Source: the human T2T-CHM13v2.0 reference genome, Homo sapiens. From it: a DNA stretch of 64,000 bases. Positions 1 to 14,047 of the stretch are shown here, piece after piece. Location of the stretch: NCBI RefSeq assembly GCF_009914755.1, contig NC_060927.1, one strand, 5' to 3'. The first letter of the stretch is position 1. Each line of letters starts with the position of its first letter. The notes below the pieces were generated by a model. The model had not been told where the DNA came from. It searched no databases and worked only from the letters and a program-made list of their open reading frames with translations. The translations under genes were made by a program, and so were the position numbers.

Positions 1-109
1 AAAAATCCAGCATGATCTGGCCCTGTGCACCACTGGTGGTGGAAAGGATAAAAAGTTCTGCAGGGTAGTGAAAGGACTGGTGGATATCATTTTTTAAAGT
101 CTAAAATGT

Positions 110-350
110 GGCCAGGTGCAGTGGCTCACACCTGTAATCCCAGCACTTCAGGAGGCCGAGGCGGGTGGATCACCTGAGGTCAGGAGTTTGAGGCCAGCCT
201 GGCCAACATGGAGAAACCCCGTCCCTACTAAAACTACAAAAATTAGCTGGGCGTGGTGGTGGATGCCGGTAATCCCAGCTACACTACAGCCTGGACGACA
301 GAATGAGACTCTGTCTCAAAAAATAAAAATAACAATAAAAATAGAATAAT
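110..350 (+). mobile_element. AluS with internal deletion in the right arm
   Basis: Alu consensus; TSD gtctaaaatgt (99-109 / 351-361). Confidence 0.95.
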
Positions 351-864
351 GTCTAAAATGTGAGAATCAGCAGCATTCACTTCCAGGAAGCATCACAGGA
401 ATCTGTGGCAGCCTGGTTGGTTATTCCAGACTCACAGGGCCCAGGAGAAAGAAAGGCTTGATGGGAACGGACGCCATGCCCACTTATGAAATGCTGGCTG
501 CTTTTAACATCTGCAAGCACTCAGGCTAGTTTGGAGGGGGGCTGTCTCCCGGCCCCTACCTCCAACTCTTAACCCCCACGCAACCCACTTTCAGAGCTGT
601 CTTCAGGCAAACTGCAAATGTGAGAGACTGATAAACATGTTTCTAGGTCTGGCCTCCCAGGGTGCTTTTCTGTAATCAAAGCCTCAAGCTCCCAGAAGGA
701 AATTCTGCCTGGGGTAAAGAGTTGTTAGAGGAAGGCTCTGTGGAAGGCAGGCTATCAGAGACTGGGTTCATTTTAATAATCCAGAGATGGATTATTATAG
801 CCTTAATTATTCATATGAACCTTGACAACCCAGAGACACCCTTGCAATGACAGCACTGTAAAGA

Positions 865-1520
865 ATTCATTCGTTTAACAAATGCTCACCATGCAGCCTC
901 TCCTACAGGTAGCAGCAAATACCAAGTTGGAAAAGGCCAAGTCCCTGCCCTCCAACTCACAGCCCAGTGGAGACGTGGTTCTCAATAGTTGTAAAGCAAA
1001 GCAGAGTTAGGTGAGTGAGATGAGAGAGAGAAAACAAAGACGTCTGAGGCACCACGTGGGTTGAGTAAGAAGGCTTCATGGAAAGGTAGCATTTGTGATA
1101 GCTCCTGAGAAGTCGGTAGCATTTCTGCAGGCTTGGGAGAGAGAGGAGGCCATTCCAAGCCAAGGAGACAGTCTAGGCAAACACAATGCATCAGGGAAGC
1201 TTAAGGCGTGTGGAGGGAGCAGAGACAGGCTGGCTGCATGGTGGGTATAAGAAGCCCAGTGGAGGGAGTTGCCAGATAAGGCATAGCTAGAAAGACATTT
1301 GCAGCTGGTACAGAGAGGGATAATACCCGCTGAAGGAGATCAGTAGATAATGGGGAGCCACTAAAGGTTTTAGAGAAGGGGACATGCTCAGAGCTGGGTC
1401 TTTGGAAGAGTGACCAGGCTAGCATATGAAGCTAGAGCAGATAGCTAAAGAGGACATATTGAGGGCCTGAACTGATAGGAAAAAACAGAGCGGTTGGAGG
1501 GATATAGGACAGAGCTGAAA
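865..1520 (-). mobile_element. L2 LINE fragment
   Basis: attcattcgtttaacaaat reverse 3' end; tggggagccactaaaggtttt motif. Confidence 0.7.
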
Positions 1521-1639
1521 TCTGCACAAGCATATTTTTGAAGTTGTGAATCCCAGCTGGCACAAAACAAAGCCATGATTATGTAGCAAACAAGAAATCC
1601 TCAGTCTGTTTGGTGATAGGCCTCTGTTTTCTTTCACCA

Positions 1640-3553
1640 ATGTATTGGGTACCAGTAGCATCAGCACCAGACTTGGACTAAGGGATTCTGGGATTGACTC
1701 AAATAGTGGAGAGACCAAGAGAAGAGAATCATGAAGAAATGCTAAGCACTGAAGCCAGAAGGTGGAGGCTGGAGTCCAGGCCAGTAGCTGTGCAGCACAT
1801 TATTCTCCCTGCTAGGTGCAGCAGTACCTCCTGCACGCACTCCCTTAAGCATCAGGGAATTGGAGCTTCAGGATCCACACAAAGGCCAAGCTTTGCCAGC
1901 CTCTGTTAGGGCACAGGCCACTGGTCCTCTGTCTTCAGTACAAACTAAAGTCGTCTCCACCTAGGACAGATTGCATTTCCTCTCAGGACCTCGGTGTGTC
2001 TCATTGTAAAATGGAACTACGCAAGGCCCCTTCCACCTCTTACACTTCACGATACTGTGAAAGGGAAGGATAACACAGAGGCCTGTAGAGTCTGTGCTTA
2101 AAAGCCAACATAAGTTAGCTGGGACACTTATTCAAAACCGTGAAAAAAGAGATCGCTTGCAGTCAAGGATACATGGAAGTACGAGACAGAAGGTGGTTAA
2201 AAGCCAGAGACTAGGTGGTTTCCTCCAGTGGGATGTAGAGCACTGAGAAGGGTACAAACCAGAAAGATGGGAGCATGCCCCGCCAGGGCAGGGGGCCTGG
2301 GAATCCGTGGAGTGGGAGCTGGTCCCGCGTGTAGGTGGTTGGGGGAGGGCTGGGGTGGCAGGGAGGGCATGCAGGAGGGGCATGCCTGAGAAGTCAGCTG
2401 AAGGCCTGGGCTCCTCTGGTGCTGGCGCTTCCGGGTTTGCAGCTGCACTTCTGGGTGTTTCAGCACACGTCTCTGAATCTAGACTGGGCTGATTTCAAGG
2501 AGATGGGTAGGAGGAAGAAATGCACAACCAGGTTTTGCTGAGGAAAAAAAGAGATGTCCATAGTGAGGGCTGTCTGCTCGGATTACAGACAAGGAGCCTT
2601 GGGGATGGGAGGATAAGGGCTGACCTCACAGGGACAGAGCCTCTTTTGGGCTGCCCTGAGGCCTCTAAACCACAGCCAGCCATGGAGAGCAGAAGGCTCA
2701 TCTTTAATTGGTACCAGTTTTTCTGGCAAGCTCAATTTAAAGATTCAGCTCAATTGCAATCAACGGGGTAAGCCAACCAGAAAATCAGAAAATCAGTTGC
2801 TCCTCTTGGTGCAATGAGGAGCATCAGCAACCCCAAAGGCATCAGAACATTGGCAGGCCTTCACTGGGGAACAGGGTCTCTGCTCCTCTGTCCTCAGCCT
2901 GAACTAAGGTAGTCTCCACCTAGGAGAGCACCTTCCCAGTGCACCCATTCCCCTCGGTGCTCTTGGTAAGGCAACAGCTTTCCGAGCCGTCGTTGAAAGA
3001 CACTGGGCCGAAGTGAGAAGGCCTGGGTTCTAGTCCTGTGTCTGCTCTACTACCTGCTGGATGGCCGTGGGCAAGTCACTTCTCCTGGCGCTGCAGTTTT
3101 CTCATCCTCAAAAGGGAAGGGGAGCAGGGAATAAGCCCTGCTGCACCTACTTTACAGGGTGATTATGAAGCTCAGATAAGATAATGGCTGTAAAAGCTGT
3201 TTTTGGACATTACAGGACATTGAGCAGATGCTCCTCTCTCGGGGTAATGGTGATGATGGCAATGATGGTAATGGTGGCTGAGTTACTTTTTATGTGCAAC
3301 TCCTATAAATATCACACGAAGAGATGAATTCCTGGTTTTAGCGGCCTAACTGTATCCACTTCATTCATCCCTGGGTTCTCACCCTAGCTCTGAGGGATTC
3401 ATGTGTAGCTTTGTGAGAGAGTTGGAATGGAATGTCTCAGCGCATCCTTCTCCCTCTGCAGAGTCCAGCGGTCCCTCTTACATGTCCTCCTCCAAGCATC
3501 AGGAAATTAGACCGTCGGTACCCACATTGAGGTCAAGCTCTCTCTGGTTTCAC
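1640..3553 (-). repeat. Three diverged local copies of an exon-like module (starts at 3553, 2919 and 1960)
   Basis: 1925-1966 vs 2884-2925 match 35/42; 1809-1892 vs 3456-3539 match 59/84 ungapped. Each copy starts ag|GTG on the minus strand. Confidence 0.75.
2995..3200 (+). mobile_element. MIR
   Basis: cctgggttctagtcc...gggcaagtcactt...cagttttctcatc core. Confidence 0.8.
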
Positions 3554-4351
3554 CTGGAAGAAGGGAGCAGCTGGTGACCTTAAGTCTTTGCAAGGTATCA
3601 GGTGCTAAAACCTAGAACATTCTTTTAACACCCCAGCTACCTATCTACTCTTATTCAAGCCAGAAAGAAAGGACTCAAAGAGAGGGCTAGGTAGGTCACA
3701 CCTCTATCTTGTAGGAGAGTATGACTTTGTGTGTGTTTGTGTGTGTGTGTGTGTGTGTTTACACATATGGTGGGTAAACTTTCATGAATTGCAATTCTGG
3801 TTCTGAGAGTCTATATTCTGCCTACCACTTGCCTCTCTCCATAGAATATCCAATAGTCCAAAGGTTATTCTAACTGTTACTATTCAAAATAATGTCCATT
3901 TATGCCTATCTTAGATAGAACACTATTTCGCAGAAAAGGAAGCTGAGGCAATGATAAAGTAAGTTGATAATGGTTACTGAGAGATACTCTGGGCTTCAGG
4001 GATCATAATCCCTAATCACCAACTTCTCAGACCTTTTCTGAACACACAGAGGAGCCAGTGCCCTTGTCTGAAGTGAGCTTGCAGCCTGGTCCTAGGTGCA
4101 GACGGCTGCTGTTTGCTGTGGAGCAATGGAGCAGGAGGAAGGGAGCGAGGCGGGCTCCCTCGCCAGTCTTAGAATCTTAGAATCTTAGAGCTGGATGGAT
4201 CACTGGGTTTCAAGGGACCTGCAATGTGCTTACCACCAGAAACATTTCAAAAGCCATACTTCATGCTGGCCTACATTTAGAACAATTTTGTATGAAGAAA
4301 ACTAAATATGTTAAAAATTTCTTTTCCTGTGATTTATTAAAGAAATATATG

Positions 4352-4731
<380 letters not shown>

Positions 4732-5171
4732 TCAAAAGCAATGGAGTTGGGCTCTTTAGTCAACTCAGCCCCTTCGTTGTGAAATGTACATTTTCATCAG
4801 GCTATTTGGAATCACAGAAACCATTGCTATCTTTGAGGATTTCTGGTAGACTAGGGCCCAAAAGTTAGAGCTTCTGGACTAGACTGACTATGAGCATTTT
4901 ACAGACAAGGAAAGTGGAGCCCAGAGGGAAAAGCAGCTTGTCCAAAGCCACACAGAGCATCAGTAGCAGGTCTGGGACTAGAAGCAGGTCTCCCATTCGC
5001 TTCCCTGGGTCCTTTCTTCAGCACTTGGACACCCGTTAGTTCTTAAGCTGGAAAGCAGGAGAAGCACATAGGACCCTTTCACAGAACCTCAGCTGTCTGG
5101 ACCTGCTGATGCTTTTACAGATCCAGACCTAAGCAGGAATGGGGAGTGACAGCTTATCGCTCCCGCCATAG

Positions 5172-5839
5172 TGAGAGGTGAAGCCGGCTGGGCTTCTGGG
5201 TCAGGTGAGGACTTGGAGAACTTTTCTGTCTAGCTAAGGGATTGTAAATGCACCAATCAGCGCTCTGTGTCTAGCTAAAGGTTTGTAAACACACCAATCA
5301 GCACTCTGTAAAAACGCACCAATCGGCACTCTGTGTCTAGCTAATCAGGTGGGGACCTAGAGAACTTTTCTGTCTAGCTAAAGATTGTAAATACACCAAT
5401 CAGCACTCTGTAAAAACACACCAATCAGCGCTCTGTAAAATGGACCAATCAGCTCTCTGTAAAATGGACCAATCAGCTCTCTGTAAAATGGACCAATTAG
5501 CAGGATGTGGGTGGGGCCAAATAAGGGAATAAACGCAGGCCAGCCGAGCCGGCATCGGGAATCCAGTCGGGTCCGTTTCCAGGCTCAGTAAGCTGTGTTC
5601 TTTTGCTCTTGGCAGTAAATCTTGCTGCTGTTCACGCTTTGGGTCCACACTACCTTTAAGAGCTGTAACATTGACTGTGAAGGTCTGCGGCTTCACTCCT
5701 AAAGTCAGCAAGACCACGAACCCACCAGAAGGAAGAAACTCCGGACACACCATCTTTAAGAACTGTAACACTCACCTCGAGGGTCTGTGGCTTCATTCTT
5801 GAAGTCAGAAAGAACAAGAACCCACCAATTCCAGACACA
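5172..5839 (+). mobile_element. Solo LTR12-family (ERV9) LTR
   Basis: TG...CA ends, 4-bp TSD ATAG, tandem ccaatcagc-tctgt units, aataaa at 5528. Confidence 0.95.
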
Positions 5840-6356
5840 ATAGAATCCAAGTTCTGCCAAGTGTGGTAACACCCAGCTCACGAATGACTGCGACTCTTAT
5901 CTTCGAGGTGACTCATCCTGGCAGCAGAATGAGCTCCGGCCAAAGGCACAGTGACATCCTAAAGCCCGCCCTCACTGTCTCTCTCCATCTCATGTTTAGC
6001 CAGAAAAGGCAAAAGCCAGTCCTTTCGTGAAATCAAACAGGCAAGTATCCCTCAGGGCTCTCTTGGCTCTGGCTAAAGTTGCAGGGACTCACGGGTTAGA
6101 AGAGACCCTACAGAGGCTTGTTACAGAGGCCTATCACCGAGGAAACACAGAACACTGGTAATGTAGGAGCCATGGGGCATTTGCTGCACAAGGTGAATTC
6201 TGTTTTACTGTTTAAACGATGGCACTGCGATATCTTTGATCTTTTTTCTTCCTCAGGGAAGTGGGTGATGGAAATGTCGGTTCTTTGTTATTGTAAGTTA
6301 AACTGCCTTTGGCTAAGCCCTGTGGTAACCCTGCTACTGTGCGGTAGGGCACTCAC

Positions 6357-6415
6357 ACCTCTGGTGTCTCATCATTAGGTCTTAATTCTGACATTATACA
6401 TGCCCATGCTCCTTC
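6357..6415 (-). pseudogene. Exon remnant (59 nt)
   Basis: Acceptor ttctggttttctcacatctctgcag, donor GGT|gtgagt. Confidence 0.6.
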
Positions 6416-7203
6416 CTGCAGAGATGTGAGAAAACCAGAAGCTTTAAAAAATCAAGTAAGTTTAAATTTGGGGCTCCCCAAGTCAACCTTCCAGGTAAAT
6501 TCTCCTTTGTTAATGACACACTGTGCAGACAGCAGGCCTCATCCATTCCTTCAATAAACATTGAGTGGTGCTGCGAATCCAGGCTTTGTGTGAGGACCCG
6601 GGAATGAATGAGTGGGTGAGTGAGTGGTGAGTGAATGAATGAGCAAGTACCATCGTCTGTCTTGGGGGCACCTCCACACCACCCTTTTCATTCCCAGTTA
6701 CACTTGAAATTCTTTGTCGAATGTCTGTTTCCCATTAGAACATTAGCCCATGAGTGCAAGGACTATTTGTCTCATTTATCACTCTGAGCCCAGCCCCAGG
6801 CACATCCATATTTGTTAAATGAAGGATGGTTAGTTGGATGACAGGATGGATTGGTGAACAAATGATCAAATAAACGAATAGGTGAGATATAGTGGGTTTC
6901 ACCAAATATTTTTCATGTCCTTATTTATTCATTTTTATGTATTTTCACTCTCCTCTATTCATTTTTTTGATAGCTTGCTTTATTCCAGAAAGGATTTGAG
7001 GCAACTTCATCAGAAGTGAAAGTTTTAATTTTGGGTTCCAAAGAAAACATTTCAGAATGTGTTGCCAAATCTTAGCTCATCATAATTTGGAATTGGACAA
7101 CATTCCTGAGCACGTGTCCCAGGCAAGGTGGGCCATGGAGGGACCATAATGCATGACCATGCCCTCCAGCTGCTTTGAGTGTAGGGGAGGAAAAGCCACA
7201 TAC

Positions 7204-7252
7204 CGGGGGGACAGCAGTTCATGGGGAATGAAGGGATTCAGCCAAGGAACAC
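7204..7252 (-). pseudogene. Exon remnant (49 nt)
   Basis: Acceptor ttcttcctctttgcttctactgcaatag, donor CCG|gtatgt. Confidence 0.6.
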
Positions 7253-7733
7253 CTATTGCAGTAGAAGCAAAGAGGAAGAACGAACATTTCATCTGACCAT
7301 GTCTTATTTTTGCTTATCCCCATTGTGCTGGTCATTCAGCAAGCACTTGATATTTTTCCATGAGATTTTATTGACACGGGAAATTAGGTGCCACTAAGAC
7401 AAAGATTTATTTTCTTGGTGTCTATGCAAACTACCTACTTCAGTTGCCCATTTTGCTAGAAGTCAATTGGGCAGAAATGAACATATTTCGGGCATTATTT
7501 TGATTATTTTTTATTGTAAACCATAGTAAGCACCAATGACATGTCAGGCTATGGTCTAGGTGCTAGACTGGTGTTAAAAAGATCTCAGTCTAGGGTAGAC
7601 AAAGAGATGATCATAACACAGTGTGGTAAGAGTAGTGACTGAGGTCAATGCCTGAGGTGCTGTGGGGGGAAAGAAGAGTATGCTTAACCTGGAGTGGGGC
7701 TTCAGGGAAGCTTCTTTAAAAACCCGTGGGGCT

Positions 7734-8030
7734 GGCTGGGCATAGTGGCTCATGCCTGTAATCCCAGCACTTTGGGAGGCCGAGGTGGGCGGATCACGAG
7801 GTCAAGAGATCGAGACCATCCTGGCCAACATGGTGAAACCCAGTCTCTACCAAAAATACAAAAATTAGCTGGGCATGGTGGTGCGCGCCTGTCGTCCCAA
7901 CTACTCAGGAAGCTGAGGCAGGAGAATCGCTTGAACCCGGGAGGCAGAGGCTACAGTGAGCTCAGATCACACCATTTCATTCCAGCCTGGCGACAGAGCA
8001 AGACTCTGTCTCAACAAACAAACAACAACA
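7734..8030 (+). mobile_element. AluSc inserted in an L2 (L2 about 7530-8520, minus)
   Basis: caagagatcgagaccatcctggcc and cctggcgacag diagnostics; degenerate TSD. Confidence 0.9.
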
Positions 8031-8623
8031 AAAAAACAGTGGGACTTAGCTGAGGGAAGAAAGCGGAAGGCGGTGGGAAGGATGTTCCAGATATAGAGAA
8101 CCCTCTAGAATCCAGACCTCAGGGCCATGAGAGGGCTCAGCATGTTTGGAAAACCATGAGTCATTCTGTCTGGCTTTGACATGGAGCGTGCAGGATTATG
8201 GAGAGATTGAGATGAAAAGCCGGCGAGGTTAGGCATGTACTAGATAATGAGTGACTTTATGAGTTGTACAAAGAAGTTCAGGTTTTATTTCAAATATAAC
8301 AAGGAAGCAGACACTACAGGATTTTTAGACAGGAGAGTGACACGATCAAATACGCGTTCTAGAGAGGTCTCTCTGGGGATGATGAAAAGAGTGGCTGAAA
8401 AAGGGAAACGCTGGTGGCAGGGAGATGAGTTAGGAGACTGTGACACTGCAGCGGGAAGATGTCAGACCTGGATTATGACAGTGGGAATGGGGAGGATGAG
8501 TGATGCAATCTGATTGCAGAAATATCTGTGAAAACCGTAGAAACTACTCAAGAAGGAAGCCAGCCATGGGCCTTTTGGTTTTTCATTGAAACGACTCTTT
8601 GCCAGTATCTGCCTTTCATCAAC

Positions 8624-8803
8624 CTTTGCTGCTAGAATCTAATTTTTTTCACGGGGTTTGAGAACACTCTCATAGATGCAAGAAAAAAACCCACCCCTAA
8701 GGATGACTTCAAACAAATCAAAGCTTTTTCTTTTAAGTGCATCCATCAAAAGCGGAACCTTTTCACCCCAGGCTTTTAGCAGGAAGATTTTTCTCTGTGT
8801 TTT
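8624..8803 (-). pseudogene. Exon remnant (180 nt, phase 0>0)
   Basis: Acceptor cccctgctcattaag, donor AAG|gttgat. KTQRKIFLLKAWGEKVPLLMDALKRKSFDLFEVILRGGFFSCIYESVLKPREKN*ILAAK. Confidence 0.5.
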
Positions 8804-8908
8804 CTTAATGAGCAGGGGTAAGGTGATGGCAATTTTGCAGCTCAGATCTACTTGAAATTGCTCCTTCAAAGAGCCAAGGATCCTGGTCACTGGCCTAAAA
8901 CTACACGA

Positions 8909-9439
<531 letters not shown>

Positions 9440-9495
9440 AAGGAGAGAAGAGCTGCTAACCCCCGCCCCATATCAACCACGTAAAACGAACTTAC

Positions 9496-9644
9496 TACAC
9501 CTCTTGGGAGAGGTATACTGGGGTCATGAAAGGGAAGGCTCGGTTCTCTTACTCCATAAAAGCATGATTTGATTTAAAATTTCCTAAGAAATTTAATCTT
9601 CCTAAAATTTTCAAGAAGATAAAAACTTTAAATAACAGAATCAC
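9496..9644 (-). pseudogene. Exon remnant (149 nt)
   Basis: Strong acceptor ctcttcttatcttgctttcag, donor TA|gtaagt. Phase-1 frame DSVI*SFYLLENFRKIKFLRKF*IKSCFYGVREPSLPFHDPSIPLPRGV. Confidence 0.6.
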
Positions 9645-10108
9645 CTGAAAGCAAGATAAGAAGAGATTTGAAAGATCCACGGTCCATTTCTTGACCCTAG
9701 CTTGCCTGTGTGCACTGAAGCTGTCTGCCTCAGATAGGCCCCAGCCTCTGCTAATCTGGAGGCAATCCCTAGACAGGAAGGAGGAGTCCAGGTCAACCTG
9801 CAGCCCTCACCACCAGGGCCTGCTCACCGATTCCGGGGTGAGCTTGGAAACTCTCCACATTTTCCATTCAAGTGTTTCAACGGCACGAAGAAAGACCCCA
9901 AACCTGGGGCAGAGCCTGAAACAGCCCATAGAATCGAGTTCCGTTCTCCCCCTAAACAATTATGCTTAACTTGTTCTCTCTTCCTTAATATATCAATGTT
10001 GATTTTAATGTAAAACTAATGCCTACGAATCACCAAATTGGAACTCAAGAAGATGGCCCATATTTATTTCTGTGGCTTCTAGCACCCACTGATGCCCTGG
10101 TGTACACA

Positions 10109-10829
10109 CTGGAGATGATGATGATGACAGTGATGGTGATGGTGAGTACTGTGAACATAGCCTGGGCTGGAGTTAATGATGATGGTGACGGTGATGGTGA
10201 TGGTGAGTACTGTGAACATAGCCTGGGCTGGAGTTAATGATGATGACGGTGATGGTGAGTTCTGTGAACATAGCCTGGGCTGGAGTTAATGATGAAGATG
10301 ACGGTGATGGTGAGTACTGTGAACATAGCCTGGGCTGGAGTTCATGATGATGATGACGGTGATGGTGAGTACTGTGAACATAGCCTGGGCTGGAGTTAAT
10401 GATGATGACGGTGATGGTGAGTATTGTGAACATAGCCTGGGCTGGAGTTAATGATGAAGATGACGGTGATGGTGAGTATTGTGACCATAGCCTGGGCTGG
10501 AGTTAATGATGATGGTGACAGTGATGGTGATGGTGAGTACTGTGAACATAGCCTGGGCTGGAGTTAATGATGATGACGGTGATGGTGAGTATTGTGAACA
10601 TAGCCTGGGCTGGAGTTAATGATGATGACGGTGATGGTGAGTATTGTGAACATAGCCTGGGCTGGAGTTAATGATGAAGATGACGGTGATGGTGAGTATT
10701 GTGACCATAGCCTGGGCTGGAGTTAATGATGTTGATGACGGTGATGGTGAGTATTGTGAATATAGCCTGGGCTGGAGTTAATGATGATGGTGACGGTGAT
10801 GGTGAGTATTGTGAACATAGCCTGGGCTG
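10109..10829. repeat. Minisatellite/VNTR, 13 units of 52-61 bp
   Basis: CCTGGGCTG recurs at 10161, 10222, 10274, 10329, 10384, 10436, 10491, 10552, 10604, 10656, 10711, 10766 and 10821. Confidence 0.98.
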
Positions 10830-10839
10830 AGATGCACCT

Positions 10840-11040
10840 GTGTAGTGGAAAGTGCATGGGAGTTGGAGCCAGAAAGTCTTGGCTTTGAACACTAGCTGTG
10901 GCATTTACAAATTGGCCTTGGAAATTCTGCTTAATATCTTGGAGACTGTTTATTTGTAAAATTGGACAATGACCTCCAATTCAAGTTTGTTACAAGGATT
11001 AGATATATTCCACATACCTGGCATCTGATGGACAATAAAT
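10840..11040 (+). mobile_element. MIR
   Basis: gtgtagtggaaagtgcatgggagttggagccaga 5' end and core. Confidence 0.75.
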
Positions 11041-12441
11041 ACTAGAGACTACCATTATAGAATTCCCTAATATTTGCTAAAGCATCTTTTGCCATAAGAT
11101 GGAGACCAGGCAGGTGATGTTCTCTGCTTCACGTGAGTGACCCTCTCAACTGGAATCCTCCCTTGGGCTCTACGTCCCCAGAGCACAGCCCCGCTGAGGG
11201 CCAGGTCCATCCAGAGCAGCTCTCTTAGATGAGCGCACTGTAAAATCACCTCTAACATGGCTGGCGCATAGAGTGGCTCAACCAAATGCGTTGAATGATG
11301 GTCACTAATAGGAAGATACACAATGTCTTGTTTTCCTGTGGCACTGTGAGAGTGCCACATTGAGGGCGAGGCCTAGTATGAAGACAGCAGGTAACTGAGC
11401 ACCCCGACATACCATGGGCGCTTGGGTCACAAGCCCTGGGAACCCAGTGGCGCCTCTGCAGCTCCTAGGCTCCATCCTCTTTCACTGCTAAGCACCGGGA
11501 GCACTCTGGAAAACAGAATCCTGTACCAGGAGAGAGTGGCTGGCATTTTTGACTGCTCTCATGCTGCCTGGGATTTTTCCTATCTCAAGGTGTCTTCTCT
11601 ACAGAGTGCAGATGCCTGGCGAGCAAAGGCAGGGTCTCTCTGGATTAAGGAGGGGAGGAACATAACTCTGAACAGCAGCCATTCACCCCAGCTCCATGGC
11701 TACAGCCTAGGAGAACCTGGGGAGACTGTGGAGTGGCTCTTCAAGGCATGGCAAAGGAGGGTGGCCACATGCATACAGAACATTTAGGACCGGGTGCCCC
11801 ACACGGCTGCATGCCCCCAGGGGTGTTGCACATGGCTGAGATCCTATTGATCACAGATGCCCTGGGGTCTTGGTGACAGATGGAGCTAAAATCTTTCAAG
11901 AGTTCCATGGAGAAGGGGGAAGGAAGAGGTAATGACCTCTCCCCCTCCTGCCTGGGCTATAGTTGTATGACAGAGTGGATTCCAGTCCCACTTCTACGGC
12001 ATGGTGGCTGTGTGGTCTTGGACAAGGTACTCGATCTTTCTATGCCTTTTGTTTCTCAGGTATAAGATAGTATTGATCATATCAGCAAACTCATGGGATG
12101 GGTGGGGTTCAGAAATAGTCCTTTTAAAGCCCTTCACTCCACAGGCCACACACAGCCTGGCCTGCAGGAAGTGTTTACCCAAGGCTAGTCCTGTTTATGG
12201 GGTTCCCCTGGCCTGGAACCCTTGCCCCTGTCTCCCAGCAAACTCTTCCTCAGCTTTCAGACTCCAAGCAAAATCTCCCTTTTGTGATGCACTCCATGGC
12301 TCCTGCAGAAATGTCCTCCTCTTGTAGCCCCCAGAGGCCTCTGTTGTCATCCCTTCAGCAAGCGTTGACTGAGTAGAAGCTGGATATCAGTGACCGGGTT
12401 AAATGCTGTGGGGAAAAATAAGGTTAAAATAAAAGTTGTCA

Positions 12442-12782
<341 letters not shown>

Positions 12783-13332
12783 TCAAGGAGGTCATACTCT
12801 GGTGGTGAAAGAGGCATGAAACAATTGCAATCCATATGAAAACTGCCACCATGGAGTTGCATGCACGGTTTTGGGAGTGCCGGTGAGGAGTGGCGCCGTG
12901 AGAGTGCTGATGATTTGCTTTGTGGTCTTTTTTCCACAGGCCTGTTTTCCTGGCTAGACTTTGAGGTGCTCAAGAGTGGACACGTTCGTCTTTATGTCCT
13001 TCACTGTGCTTAGCACCATGTCATCCATGTTCAATAAATGGGTGTTGCCCATAAATGCAAGAACAAACTAACAAATGATATTCTACAGCAACGATGGGGT
13101 CTTTGGCACATCTGCAGGGCCTGAGGCCTAGGCTCTGTTTTAGGGTGATGCACATTTAATGGAGACCCGCTCTGCACCCCCAGCAGATTTCTTGAGCTTT
13201 ATGCAACCGCTGTGGTCCTGATGACACTGTGAATCACATGTCTAAGTCTCATCTCATCTTCCTCATCTATACAGGTGATAGTGATCATCATCGCTGCTCT
13301 GTCTAACTCACAGTGTTGGGAGGTTCAAATAA

Positions 13333-13643
13333 TGTTAACCGTGGAGGGTGTCCAGGTTCTTGGCATCTTGAACAAAGAATTGGACAAAACTCACAAACAA
13401 AGGAAAGAATGAAGGGTTTTATTGAAAATGAAAGCACACTCCACAGTGTGGGAGCGGGCCTGAGTGTAAGGGGCTCAAAGGCCCTGTTTACAGAGTTTTT
13501 ATGAGTTTAAATACCCTCTACTTGGAGTACACTCTATGTAAACAAAGAGGGTGAAGTAAAGTTACAAAGTCATTTAGTTGGTGTATGCCCTATGGAGAGG
13601 GTATCTTATGTTTCCTGCCTCCAGACCCTATTTTCCTGCCTCA
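13333..13643 (-). mobile_element. MER51-family (ERV1) solo LTR inserted in a MIR
   Basis: Minus strand begins TGAGGCAGGAAAATAGGGTCTGGAGGCAGG; TSD ataa/atag. Confidence 0.85.
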
Positions 13644-13715
13644 ATAGGATTCACTCATTCAACAAATATTCTCTGAGGGTAGCATTTTACTTTTTTCATG
13701 TAACACATGCCTCAC

Positions 13716-14047
13716 CAGGAGAAGGCAAAGTCTGAAGAATGCTGGATCCAGATGAAAAGGCAGAGTGATTTCAGAGAAACGATAATGAGCTGACAAGGCT
13801 GGAATGTTACTTCCCCAGACAAGACCAGTGTCATCAAGAAGGCCTTGGGGCTCTGCACAGGAGTCCATGCTTTCCTTCTTCTGGCTGAAGCCACTCTTCA
13901 GCATGAACTTGATAGACTCTTGTTGTAGGTTTTAGGTTTTAGAAGAGAATTGAAGTGTCAGCTCTTCTAAGGTGTGAATATAGTGAAGGACCTCATTGGG
14001 AGTTCTTTCCAAAGCGTATCTGTTTCCTCTTTTTTGTCTTCATTTTT
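13716..14047 (-). pseudogene. Exon remnant (332 nt)
   Basis: Very long pyrimidine tract ending ccccCG (mutated AG), donor CTG|gtgagg. Last 72 codons stop-free; internal 7-bp duplication ctaaaac. Confidence 0.5.

Noticed and set aside
10109-10829. CRISPR-like array, or His/Thr-rich ORFs
   Set aside because: There are no unique spacers and the context is eukaryotic. Unit length of 1 mod 3 shifts the frame every copy and brings in stops. It is a minisatellite.
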